Of a DNA stretch of 64,000 nt, positions 31,566 to 59,141 are shown piece after piece (within the stretch, counting starts at the first letter, position 1; every line of letters starts with the position of its first letter). Both the position numbers and the translations under genes were made by a program. This stretch comes from Nitrospirales bacterium (GTDB lineage: Bacteria > Nitrospirota > Nitrospiria > Nitrospirales > UBA8639), in assembly GCA_965203295.1 (NCBI GenBank), contig CBDBCZ010000015.1, positions 1-64,000 on the forward strand. The letters are read 5' to 3'. The notes beneath the pieces are model-generated. The model was not told the origin of the DNA, ran no database searches, and saw nothing but the letters and a program-made list of their open reading frames with translations.

Positions 31566-32234
31566 ACCATCAGCACCTGATGATATCAAGCATAAAAGAA
31601 AACTAATTTTGAAAGTCTTACATGCAATGAAAGCAGAGGATCAGCCAGTGCCAAACGCAATTGATAGTATTTCTGATTACTCTCGTCTGTGGTCAGACTT
31701 AATAGACCGTGGTGGGCTGTATCACATCAATGATGATGTGAGTTTTTATGTATACAATGTCGTGCTTAGTACATAGCTATGTTGCATCCATCATGTACTA
31801 CAATAGTATGCTATTGTACATATTTTTTCATAGTTTAAACAGTTAACTAACCTGCATAATGAATACCCGGGATGGTTTATTACTATTCCCAGGTGTACAA
31901 GCTGATTGAAGATATTGAGATTGTCACACAGAAACATCTAAATATTCCACAAATGGCATCATACAACCCTGGCGATGACATCAGAAGCTCAATAATCACA
32001 GATGTACTGAAAGATGAGGCCATCCTTATGAATTGGGAAGCTATTGCCCAGATGCCATCAAACTATGAGTCTTGTAGTATTGAACTTTTTGAAGCTGTGG
32101 TGAATCTATGGGTAACCATTCGTGGGTTTTCGTTCGCCGAAGGATGGACAGCACACTTCAAAAAGAACGAGAAAAGCTCAAAAAAAGGAACTAGGAAGGC
32201 CTTGAAGTCAATTGGAACTGAAAAAGAATCATAA
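31566..32234 (+). CDS. 3' part of a transposon-associated second ORF (DRGGL-motif protein), 5' end deleted
   Basis: Two spliced segments (~31566-31737 and 31893-32234): ...YSRLWSDLIDRGGLYHINDD|VYKLIEDIE...NLWVTIRGFSFAEGW...KKGTRKALK. GT-AG intron; convergent with the transposase. Confidence 0.6.
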
Positions 32235-32344
32235 TATTTCTCGGTACATACAAACAGAGCGTGGCATGCATTGCATGTACTTGTATCAATATCTTAAGGA
32301 AATGTCTGAATGGTTGTAGTATAATAACAAACTTGCGTGCTATA

Positions 32345-34357
32345 TATCTGCAGAGTCGCACACCTGGAGCAAAAGTGGAGGTCTCTCGGAGATATAAACT
32401 TTCAATATGTTTCCAACTGATCCACTTTCCTCCCTTCTGTATTAAATCAATGAGACATGGGGGCTTATATGGCAGATCAATTACAGTCATGCATGCATAC
32501 AGAGACATAAGAATATAAACGTAGGCCTAACCTTCATGTTGCGAGAATTGGAACGAGCAAATGAATTGGAAAAGCAGTTGCGTGCTGTTTTAAGAAGGTG
32601 GGGTACATCTGAGAAAAAGTATACATCACGATCTGCAAATGGATTTGGTGTTTTATAACCATCACCACGACACAATTTGTAAAACTTCCGATTAGGTTTT
32701 GCTCCATCACTTGTTATGGACATTACCGGAATGTTGTACATCTCAAGAGCACACACAATTGGGTAAAGATTTTGACCTTTTAGTCCAGCACTAGGATAAT
32801 GTGCAACTGGGAAACTTAAAGATGGTTTGAAAATTGCCCTAACCATAAACACAAGCATCTGATCTGCAAGCTTTTGAGCAGTGTGTTTCTCATCACTATC
32901 TGCTACTAGCTGTTCTAGATCAGCATTTACATTGCCGAGATCTACGAACCCCACTAGTGCTCCTGTTGATTTTTTGAAAACAAGTCCGCTCCTTATCTTC
33001 ATCTCATCCATAAGCAAAGCAGAGTGCTGCTGTCCATGCTTAGTATCTTTCTGAAGAGTCAACCTGAAACGCTCAATAAACTTGGATTGCACTCCATTTG
33101 TGACTGTCATCCAATGTGTGTAATCAGCAAGGGTCCTCTCAGAAGGAAGTTTGATGAACCCACTACTATTGACTGCTCTATAGGCAGCAGAAGATACGTA
33201 CTTAAGGTTCAGTGCAAAACGAATTACTAGTGGATGCCAGCGCATCTGCTTCTTATTCTTGAGGGAGTTGTAGAGATGTTGTTGCTCCCAGAATACTCGC
33301 TGGGCACTATTCTTATGGAATTGAGTGTAAACTGAATCAGAGACTTCTTTAATCAGCTGGGTAACATCATCTGCATCATCATCAGTGAGGGTGATACTCT
33401 GCTTGGCAATGAGTGATTCCACCCTTTTTTGTAATCGAGATACTTGCAACTTTGCTGCTTTTTTGGCCTTTGACAAATTTCTCATTCGTTCATCCTTTTC
33501 ATCATCTCTTAGATGACAAAAATTAGCTCGGCTGGAATGGGCAGTTCTGTCATAATCGGTCCTACATTGGCTTCTTGTCTTCATTGAGCGAAGGGTAGAG
33601 TGAAAAGTTCGACACGATTTACACCGTTGTATTGGATTCTGACCAGGTACAATTTCACAAAGAAGTTGACAGTCTATTCTTCGCACTGTAGCACTATGTG
33701 GAGTACCATCCACATTCGTGATGATTTTATTCTCAACTACAGCTACCACATCACCGTTTCCTCTGTTTCCTCTGATCTCTCCTCCTTTTTTCTGACAAAG
33801 GGTAACAAATTCATCCTCAGGATTTCCAGGACAAATGGCTGCACTACGAACCTGTTTCAAAAGTTGAACCCACATCGGCAGAGTAGTAATGCGTGGCTCA
33901 ATACCAGAAAACACCGAGATTGTGCCTGGAACTTCCTTCCCCAAAACTGCAACACTCCAGGTGAAGTCATGTCTAACAGTAACACAGTGGGAGATGGTGG
34001 GTACCCCAGGGGAGGGCTGCTGAAAGAGACAGTACCTAATACAGGATTCTTCAGGTTCTGATAGATCATGCCACTCACTTTGAAATGTTTGAACACTTTG
34101 TTTTAAACTCTCAAATTCTGCATGTGGATGGCACCTCTCATTGCTTCCAACACATGACCTTTCTATATTCAACTCCTGTAAAGGAACTCGGGAGAGCAGA
34201 TCTGATGTGAGCTTACTTGCTGCTGAACTGGCTGTCGTCGTTGCTCTTGTCGCTTGCGTTCATCATTCTTAGTCCTTTTAAAAAACTTTCTTGTCCCCCT
34301 TTTCCTCTTTCTTTTGGATACCTTTCCAGTGTCTGGAGCAATATTCTCACTGTTCAT
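32345..34357 (-). pseudogene. P-element/THAP9-like transposase, C-terminally truncated
   Basis: Exons ~34357-34217, 34175-32532 and 32436-~32345. Motifs MRWHPLVIRFAL, LPSERTL, LLMDEMKI, LVGFVDLG, SDGA, FFSDVPHLLKTARNC, ISWKHI. Stops after GVRLC; the distal catalytic D/E region is absent. Confidence 0.85.
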
Positions 34358-35012
34358 CTAAATAAAATACATGTCCTTTATAGGCATACAATTGTACAGT
34401 ATTTATGGCCTACAGCATTAGTGATGGAAAAGCTATATGCATTAAAAAGTGCATGAAGATCCTGTAGTTTGCAAGCAACACTGCTACTTATCTATAACTA
34501 ATAAATGGCCATTGAATATACAAGCAGTCTGTAGTTCAGGAAGTTATCTCACACAAAACTAATGCATAAAAACAATTCGTTTGTGTAGAAAATATCCCTT
34601 CTGAAATTTAAACTATGATACACCCAGTGTTTATTAAGTTTGCAAGCATAGCATTCCATTCCATATAGAATCATATTGCAAATGGATGGCCAATTGGCTA
34701 CATTGCGCTCGAGATTATCTCACACAACTGCATTAATCATATAACCTGCACTGCTTACACGACGATTTTTCCTTTCTTAGCAAAATATTAAGGCTAAATA
34801 AGTGCTAGTCTAACTTAAACCGCTAATACTGACCTTAATGTCTCTAGCTTTGTTCTGTAACCGACTTGAATCGACCGAATGAATGTAATACTTTTACCGC
34901 CAACTCGCTTCTCTATAGAGTCTGCAGCTGCAAGCATGCGTCGTAGAGTTCTCCGCCTACTTCCGGATACGCCCCCCGTTACGTATCCACCGAGAGGTAT
35001 ATAGAATCCATG

Positions 35013-37510
35013 ATATAAGTAACTGTAGTTGGTGATACGGATAATTGTTATTGTATGTAAGTGGTCACAGTGACTGCTGATAATGTATGGGATTTAGTTG
35101 TCGGAGTGTAGAACGCAGTACACTATGATTGTGCATTAGTATTGTTGTTGAATGTAAAACTGCTTGCTATAATGATTTAAGTGCTGAATAAACATAGGTT
35201 TACATGCCGGCGAAATGAAATGTGGTACGTATGGAATTGGGATATGTTGGCATAGCGATATATACTATTAGGTGATTGTAACTAAAGCCATGGACAGTAC
35301 AGGAATTGGAGTTGGTTTAGGATTAAACAGTGGAACGTCAGCCCTCTATTGTGGACACCTTGGGGACCTGGTGAAGTGTCCTGTATAGAGATGTGTCCTC
35401 ATTTCAGGGGTAAATTTCTATTAAGAAAGCATATTTGGGACACAGCAAAGTGTCCTTAATACAGAAGTTTTTTTTTTTATTTCAAGGGTGACCTATATAA
35501 GAGAGGTTCCAGTGTAGTTGTAGTGCTTGTTTAAAGTGGTCAGCAATGAAGCTATTGTTATAGATGTAGAGATGTGCATGCAGGAAAATCACACATGTCC
35601 ACCTCTCAAGACAACCCACTTCACCCAGTTGTTATGGGGGCTGTCATACAAGCCAGGGAAACAACTTAATAAGATAGCAAAATATTGATTTATTGTCTCG
35701 GTACCTCAATTAAGAGGTCTCGTATAGTAACTTCTTACTTATAAACATACCACAGAACAGGTTATAGGGCAAATCTTGTGCATGCCTCACAGGACCTGCA
35801 GGGTGCTCTAGGTATCCAGCTCAGATTTCATGGCACGCATGCATGAATGTCTATTAGTTATCCATGGCTGTATAAAATACTCATGCATGGCATAATTATG
35901 GCATGCATGCCTCTGACATTGTGAGCAGGTCTTCTCCTAGGGTGAAAATATTTCTACCGTGTGCACTTGATTAGTATTTCAGTATGATATATGTCTGGCA
36001 CTCATGCTTCCTTTATAATTTTCACTATAATTATCACAAGCGGTTAGAGACAGTATGTTAGCGTGAGCATGCACGCGCATGCACACTTGTGAACTAGTGA
36101 ATAGCTTGAAAATCATTTGCCTTTATTGTTAAACTAGTCAGCATGCAACCAGTATTCATTATAATAATTTCAATATATTTGCAATTTTCTCCACTATTAA
36201 GCCAATTTTTAGCTAATCTTTTGGAAATGTTAATTGTAGACAGAGAAATCTTCGCCTGGATGGCAATCGTTTTTCCATGGCTTTGTATACCTGATAGTCT
36301 CGCAGGCCAATCGCGAGACTATATATACCTGACTAGTTTTACATGTATATTATGTAATTTTGTTGTCTCAACAGGTCATTATTGAGTTAGATCAAGGACT
36401 AAATTCATCATTGAATGAGGTCAAAAATCTTCCAGTTAGCTGTGCCGAGGGTTCGGCACATCAGTGCTTTTCATTTAACCGGTTGGCAGCCATTATTGAA
36501 TGTGTCGCCTTAATTCAAAAAAAAAGCAGGCAAATCAATTGCATCCATCACCTCCCTTAATACCGAGAACCCAATTCCATTCTTCACGCTATGTGCATGA
36601 CTTTTCTTTTGTGCAACCTTTTGCACGTACTTCTCACTTTATTTTCTTTTTTCCCACACACGCTTTCATTATGGAACAATTTACCATATTCTATTGTATC
36701 GTGTCGCTCTCCCTCTGTCTTTAAGCATCATATTATGGGTGAATGCTAGTGTTAGCTTTTTTCTTTAGCTATTCCATCCACCCTTGCCATGTCCATTTCT
36801 GTATGTTGTGTTGGCATAAACAGTATAAAAATAAAAAATAAAAAAAAAATAAAAACGACAGTATCTACAATGCGATATCAATGGCAGCAATAAAGTCCAC
36901 TATACACATGTACTAACTATACTAATTCAATCAGTTCAATCAGTCGTCAAGGTCCGAGTTCACAGACGGTTAGTTAGGTGTTGCCGGTGAGCATCGCAAT
37001 CCCGAAGGAGTCGATATCACCTCCTGCCTTCCCGAAGATTCCGTTCAATTTACCGTTGCCAACGGGAACGTTGACCTCGTCGCCTGCGCAGGGACAGTAG
37101 TTGCAAGCAAAAGCCTCCGCAGTCTTCTTGTTGGTTTCAAGCTTCAAACCAGCGAAACGACCATTTCCAAAATTACTGGAGTACAGTAAAACTTTCGTCA
37201 GCCTTTCATCTTCATCAAGGGTGATAGTAACAGGATTTTTGTCAGTAAAGGTGCCAAGTTTCATAATAGACGAATCGTATCTTTCGAAGGAAACACCCCG
37301 CATTCGCTTTTCATCTCGGTAGAACGTGATTTGCTTAGCCACCTTAGGCCAAGTTGCCATGAGGCTGTAGGGGTTTCCATCTGGACCCCCGACTGAAACA
37401 TTGCTGGTGTACCGCACCAGGCTCACGTACTCCTGCACGTTCTGCATCGTCTCCGCTCAAGTTCTCTGAAAAGCAAGAACTGCGGATTTGCACACAGTTG
37501 AGTCTTTTAT
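35013..37510 (+). repeat. Segmental duplicate of ~20730-23885 (receptor 3' flank plus lectin)
   Basis: Continuous high-identity alignment visible from ATATAAGTAACTGTAG (20730/35013) through the lectin to GAGTCTTTTAT. Confidence 0.92.
36974..37447 (-). CDS. Intronless jacalin-like lectin, 157 aa (paralog of 23350-23823)
   Basis: Same length and motifs with a handful of substitutions (e.g. GGPDG vs GGPGG). TATAAAAG about 60 nt upstream. Confidence 0.85.
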   Translation of the reverse strand: MQNVQEYVSLVRYTSNVSVGGPDGNPYSLMATWPKVAKQITFYRDEKRMRGVSFERYDSSIMKLGTFTDKNPVTITLDEDERLTKVLLYSSNFGNGRFAGLKLETNKKTAEAFACNYCPCAGDEVNVPVGNGKLNGIFGKAGGDIDSFGIAMLTGNT

Positions 37511-37530
37511 ACAACTTCATTACGTCATTT
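37504..37530 (-). promoter_or_regulatory. Candidate TATA box and CRE/bZIP-like site of the lectin gene
   Basis: Minus strand TGACGTAA...TATAAAAG about 60-80 nt upstream of the ATG at 37447. Confidence 0.4.
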
Positions 37531-38867
37531 TTCAATCGCTAATATTCTAAGCGCGCCTACTCGCCTTCGCTGAACTTATCACGTGAGGCTTGGGTGACTA
37601 TGTACAGCTAGCTAGCTCATCTACCGCGCTAATAGCTACCAGTACACTCTGTTTCAATTCTTACATCCTGAGGAACTTTGTTGCTACGTATATAAGCTAG
37701 ACGACATTGGGCCGGCTGGACGCCTAGTCTCGTGCCCAGCCCGTCTGAACGCCGACGTCACTGTATACCTAGTCTCGCGTAGCCAGACTCAACGCGAGGG
37801 GCGGGGTCCCCCAGACTACTGTATACCCTGGTATGGTAGTAGCCAGCGTGCAAACGCTTCCCCACATCGAACCTTGGCGCATGATGTTGGCACTAAGCAA
37901 TCCACTCGATAGCATGGCGCGGTGCACAACATTTAATAGCACTAGCTAGCGGCTAACTGAAGAACATGATCGCAGTATCTATAGCCTGATCTTGACCATA
38001 ATATACCCTAATCCTAGCCCCGATCGTATTATTCAGTTGGCCCCTAACTGCTATCTTCTCCGGAATCTCAAAGTTAATTGCTGTTTCCTTGCTGAGACCT
38101 TAAAACGCAGAAATTTGGCCCCTTCACTTGAAACACTGACTTGGCAGCTTTTACGCAAACATATATTATAGCACTGAAATTAGTAAGAGTGATTATTGCA
38201 GCACCACAATCATAGCCAAGCGGTTAGAGACAGTACATTAGCATGTACATTTGTATAGGGAATGCATGCACGCGCATGAGCACTCGTAAACTGAAACACT
38301 CCACCTCTGACATCTACCTTATTATATTAGTAGTGGACCATGACTTCTCAATTTTGTAGTACAATCATGCATGCACTGTTAAAATAATTGGTGAGCTCCT
38401 AACTCAATTATTTCAAACAAATAATTGTTCGAACATACCCCATTTCCTGGGGGGTAGGGCTGAGCCTATTATGCTCAAGAAATACCCTATTATGCTATGC
38501 TGCACTGCTCCAAAAATCTTCCTATTATGCTCAAATTATGCTCATTAAATGTGACCCTCGTAGCGAAAACCAACCATCTGGACTGTTTTAAATCTTCAAG
38601 TATGCGTGGGTGATGCATATTTTCATAATTTCTAGCATGTTTGCTGCCATTGTACCACTCTCCTACAAGGTCTGACGATAAGACATTGGTTAAGACAATG
38701 TTCTTCGCTGGCAGTTTTACATCTGCTTTGTAGCGAGCACCATCATAACTTTTGGGAAGGGAAGGGTATAGGTATTAACGAGCTTGATATACAGCCAGGG
38801 AAGCCATGATTTATGCTTGTTTAAGCAGACTTTGCTTGCATTGGTAGTAAAGTGGACTGATATTTCC

Positions 38868-39111
38868 AATTAGAGAGCTCTGATGGTAAAGCGGGTTCTA
38901 ATTAGAGAGCTCTGATGGTAAAGCAGGTTCCAATTAGAGAGCTCTGATGGTAAAGCGGGTTCTAATTAGAGAGCTCTGATGGTAAAGCGGGTTCCAATTA
39001 GAGAGCTCTGATGGTAAAGCGGGTTCTAATTAGAGAGCTCTGATGGTAAAGCGGGTTCTAATTAGAGAGCTCTGACGGTAAAGCGGGTTCTAATTAGAGA
39101 GCTCTGATGGT
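38868..39111. repeat. 32-bp minisatellite, about 7.6 copies (AATTAGAGAGCTCTGATGGTAAAGCGGGTTCT); related ~3.6-copy array at 42112-42231
   Basis: Direct tandem periodicity. Both arrays are followed by the same ~200-bp sequence. Confidence 0.95.
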
Positions 39112-39430
39112 TAACTTTAGTTACCCCATCAGATTTCTCCAATAAGAACTCAATTATCCCTTCAGCGCCTCTTGTTTCAGAAATCCACTTTCAAGTCGGT
39201 TCCTATTTCCCTGATGGTAACAGTGGGTCTGGAGACAAGAACGAGAACAACCCATCCTGATCTCCACAATTGAGATAAGCATCTATGATTTAATAGCAGT
39301 CATTCTGACAAATAGCCTTAATTAAAGTATCCTTTCTAATGGCAGACTTGCACTATAGCAAAAATTCTAATTAGAGCACAATTTTTTTTAGCTGTTGCCC
39401 CTAGTGACCAAATATGTTGTACGTAGCCCC

Positions 39431-39685
39431 TTAATACACTTATGAAAAAAATCCAAGTTTTAAAATCATAGCTTGTTTGATTATCAAGATATGCAGATGC
39501 AAAGTTTCCAAATTCCTGTACATTTTCAATGGAGAGGTGCGTTTTTGACCCCCAAAGTCAGTTGGGGGTCAAAAAAGCACATCTCCATTAAGAATGTACA
39601 GGAAATCGAAAACTTTGCGTCTGCATATCTTAATGTTCAAACAAGCTATGATTTTCAAACTTGGATTTTTTCATAAGTGTATTAA
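39431..39685. mobile_element. Fold-back (fully palindromic) MITE
   Basis: TTAATACACTTATGAAAAAAATCCAAG...CTTGGATTTTTTCATAAGTGTATTAA. The ~120-bp arms pair almost to the centre. Confidence 0.8.
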
Positions 39686-39986
39686 TCCACCACCAGATGT
39701 TTACCCTGCTTCTGCTAAAACCTCTCTCAGATGATGGTCACAAAGCATCGTATGATCCATCCCACACCATCCCACACCATCCCACACCATTGTGAGCATG
39801 GGATGATCATCCCACACCATCCCACACCATTGTGAGCATGGGATGATCATCCCACACTGTCTCCAGGTGTGCATGTTGTTATTGTGAGCATGGAGTGTGT
39901 TATGGATCAGTGGTTCTGTGAAGAACCAGAACAACAAAGTGATCAGAGTTTCTTTCATCACTACCTACAAAGGTAACACAACAGCT

Positions 39987-40175
39987 TCCTTACTCCTGCA
40001 GCTGTGTATGTTGACATCAGAACACAGACTGTTCCCTCAAACAATTAGTCTCCTTACTCCTGCAGCTGTGTGTGTTGACATCAGAACACAGACTGTTCCC
40101 TCAAACAATTAGTCTCCTTACTCCTGTAGCTGTGTATGTTGACATCAGAACACAGACTGTTCCCTCAGACAATTA
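39987..40175. repeat. 64-bp tandem repeat, 3 copies
   Basis: TCCTTACTCCTG units start at 39987, 40051 and 40115. Confidence 0.92.
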
Positions 40176-41081
40176 GCTAGTTGCAGACATAACAAGGTGT
40201 GAATCTACATGTTAGTAATAATGTTATCTGGGACCAGCTTCCTAGAACTTGTGTGGTTATACAGGCTACCTTTCTGCCTGTGACCTTTATATGAAATATG
40301 AAGTGACCCTTGAATTGCCACTGAGGAAACCCAAGCTTGGCCTAAGGTTATTGCAGTTTATACGAGAGGCAATAGGAGCCACAGTGGCTAAGATATGCAT
40401 CAAACATTCTCTACATTAAAGCCATATAATATTATGGCTTTATTAAATAGCAGTAACCAGTACCCTATAAACTCAAGTTGTTGCCAATCACAAAATTTGA
40501 TTTAACTACACAAACTGATTCACACTGTACTACGTAGCTATATGGTTTATCTATTTCTGAGGGGCTTTGAAATTTCATACGAGATTTCGAAATCTTAGGA
40601 TTTCAGTCAAGATTTCAACCTAAATGTACGAAATTTTAAGCCGCGATTTCATGCTGGCAGCTAAATTAGTGACCACATGATCAGCAAAACACGGACGTAC
40701 ATACATGGACTTAGATTGCAAGATTACAAAGGATTCGGAGATTTGAGATTTGCATAGTGCTAGCAGCTCGGTCGACTGCCATATTCAGAGTGTGTGTGAA
40801 AGACTCGTACACCATATGCTCGAGTATGGCTGAATATCAAGCGGTGGGCATGACCGATTGTAGCAATACCAGCCCTTTATTACCTCGCACGTATGCAATG
40901 GGGTTAAGGAATTGGTTGTCTGTCTGTCTGTCTGTTGTCTAATGCGACGGTAACATTAGAATCTATAAAAATAGATGTGTGTGTACTTAATTATGCTAAT
41001 TGTTCGAACATGCCCCATTTCCTGGGGAAAAATGGTTAATATATGCATTTTATGGAATTTGAATGGCAGGAACATATTATT

Positions 41082-41610
41082 AACTAGAGGTCTCTAGCAG
41101 AGACATACCCCGCGCTCCTGGACCCTGCAGACTGTAATGCCATATACGAGCTGTAGGCGTGGCTGATCGCCGTAGTAATGATACATGTGTTTCTCTGCGT
41201 ATACTCCAGTATGCTTTCTATCTAAGTACCACTTCTAAGCTCCATGTTGAATACAAGACTCGTATACCATACTCGAGAGCTCGCGTATGTCCGTATTCAA
41301 GCTGTAGGCGTGACCAACTGCCGTATTAAAAAAGGCGTGACCACTTGCCGTATTAAAAAAAAATGGTGGAACACACAGAAATAGCGTGGAAATGCTGAGA
41401 ATAAAACCGCTTTCTACTATATCAGGTACAGACAGGCTAATGTATCACGGATTTCAGCGTTAACCTTCTGTTTAGAAGTCGTTATAGCCTCTAAATCGCC
41501 CGTTCGAGAGATTTTTCAAAAAATTTTATGACAGACAACAACGACGACGACGACGACAGACGGACAAAACCGATTACTTAACCCCACTTGCGCATACACG
41601 CGCGGGGTAA
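41082..41610 (+). mobile_element. Non-autonomous Helentron-associated (HINE/DINE-1-like) element; partial inverted copy ~40878-40940
   Basis: Subterminal inverted repeat TACCCCGCGC / GCGCGGGGTA, internal GAC/GACA microsatellite, terminal ACCCC...GGGGT stem-loop. Confidence 0.55.
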
Positions 41611-43441
41611 TGAGAGTAACTATGGTAAGCTAATATGGACCTTCTCTAGATCTTCTAACTGATATATATATACATGTACTGTTTGAGGGCAATCCACCAC
41701 CACCAGATGCTTACCCTGCTTCTGTTAAAAACCCTTCCCTTCCCTTCCCAAACGTCATGATGGTGCTCGCTACAAAGCAGATGTGAAACTGCCAGCAAAG
41801 AACATTAATGACTATTGCAAAGCATTGTACGGTCACCCACACTGTCTCACAATGTGTTAACAAGTTATTGCGAGCATGGAATGTGTTACAGATTTGAGGT
41901 CCTATAAAAATGTGATTTGCCAATGATAAACCAAAGAGGTCTCTAATTTTGAAAGCTACAACAGAAAGCATTTAATTAGCTAATTAACTATAGGTCAAGG
42001 CTAGTTACCAGAGTGGGAAGTCATAATTTGTGCTTGTTTAAGTTAACTTGACACCAACATTTTCCTCTTTTACCTGAGCTTTGATGATAAAGTGAACTCA
42101 TATTTTCCTGAAATTGGAGAGCTCTAATGGTAAAGTGGGTTCTAATTAGAGAGCTCCGATGGTAGAGCGGGTTCTAATTAGAGAGCCCTGATGGTAAAGC
42201 GGGTTCTAATTAGAGAGCTAATCTGACGGTTAACTTTAGTTACCCCATCAGATTTCTCCAATAAGAACCCAATTATCCCTTCAGCGCCTCTTGTTTCAGA
42301 AATCCACTTTCAAGTCGGTTCCTATTTCCCTGATGGTACAGTGGGTCTGGAGACAAGAACGAGAACAACCCATCCTGATCTCCACAATTTAGATAAGCAT
42401 CTCTGATTTAAGAGCAGATGCTCTGACAAAGTGGAAAATAGCTCTATAATTAAGGTACCCTTTCTACATAAATACGGCCCTCAAGGGGTGCCTTTAATAG
42501 AGCAGGAAAATTCCTTAGGGGTGTCTTACTTGGAGGAGGGTCTTCTAATTGGAGTAAATTTTGAGCAGAGATACGAAGCCTTGAGAAGGACTGATCGTCA
42601 CAACCATGCAAGTGATAAAGAACAAAATTTACAAGTAGCATGACCCTCTCTCTACTTCCCGTAGCAGCCATGGCTGATCCTTGGGAAAATGCTGTAGACA
42701 GAAGAGTTCTTTTTCCTGGATGCTAATTGTTTTGTGTTTGTTTGTTTTTCGTGTAGCTTCAGCTGTTATACTCACGACTGTCTGACTCGCTAAAATAATC
42801 ACCTCATGTGCATCCAGTGGAGGGCCTACCCCTGGCCAGATAATACAGGCATGTGTGTAGTATTCAAAGCCACTAGTAGCTTCCTACACTGGTAAAGTTA
42901 GTCTACAATGTAGTCCTATGTATGAAGCCACAGCAATACTATAATATGCAGGCAGAAACAGTTGAGTGCTACAAAGTACCTTGCAGCAGCTAGAGACTCG
43001 GGCTACAAGGGTGCATCAAACCAAATAAGGAATTGAGTATCGGTTGCAATGCTCTAATAGTTGATAACCCTGCAAAGAACTCACTTGAGTCAGTTCTGGC
43101 CCCAACCAGACTTTGACTGATACCTGGTATTATAGTCTCAACCCTGCATACTGCTATATATAGACATTGGGCATCTCAGTTTCAATCCTGCATTTGAAAA
43201 TTCTTGAAAATGGGCAGCAAGGCATGTCACCTCCCAGAAGACTTAGTCTATCAACTACAACTGACACTGTGCAATCATAAACCTTTCATCAGTAGACAAA
43301 GTTGATTCGAAGGCGCATATATAAGACACACAGGCACAAACATGCAACATACCATACACGGTCCTGTAATACTACAGTTGTACATACATTTGATTCAGTT
43401 GGCCAGTCAATCATGTAATACGCTGTAGTATTCAAAGGAGG

Positions 43442-59141
<15,700 letters not shown>

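Larger units (their letters stand above)
31566..35012 (-). mobile_element. P-superfamily DNA transposon, internally deleted and missing one end
   Basis: Terminus CATGGATTCTATATA at 35012 (minus strand). Encodes a P-type transposase. Flanked by host-duplication sequence on both sides (junctions 31565 and 35013). Confidence 0.8.

Noticed and set aside
38868..39111. 32-bp repeats as a possible CRISPR array
   Set aside because: The repeats are contiguous with no unique spacers, there are no cas genes, and the context is eukaryotic.
42431..43300. Possible plus-strand exon fragments
   Set aside because: Could not assemble an open spliced frame or recognise any motif.
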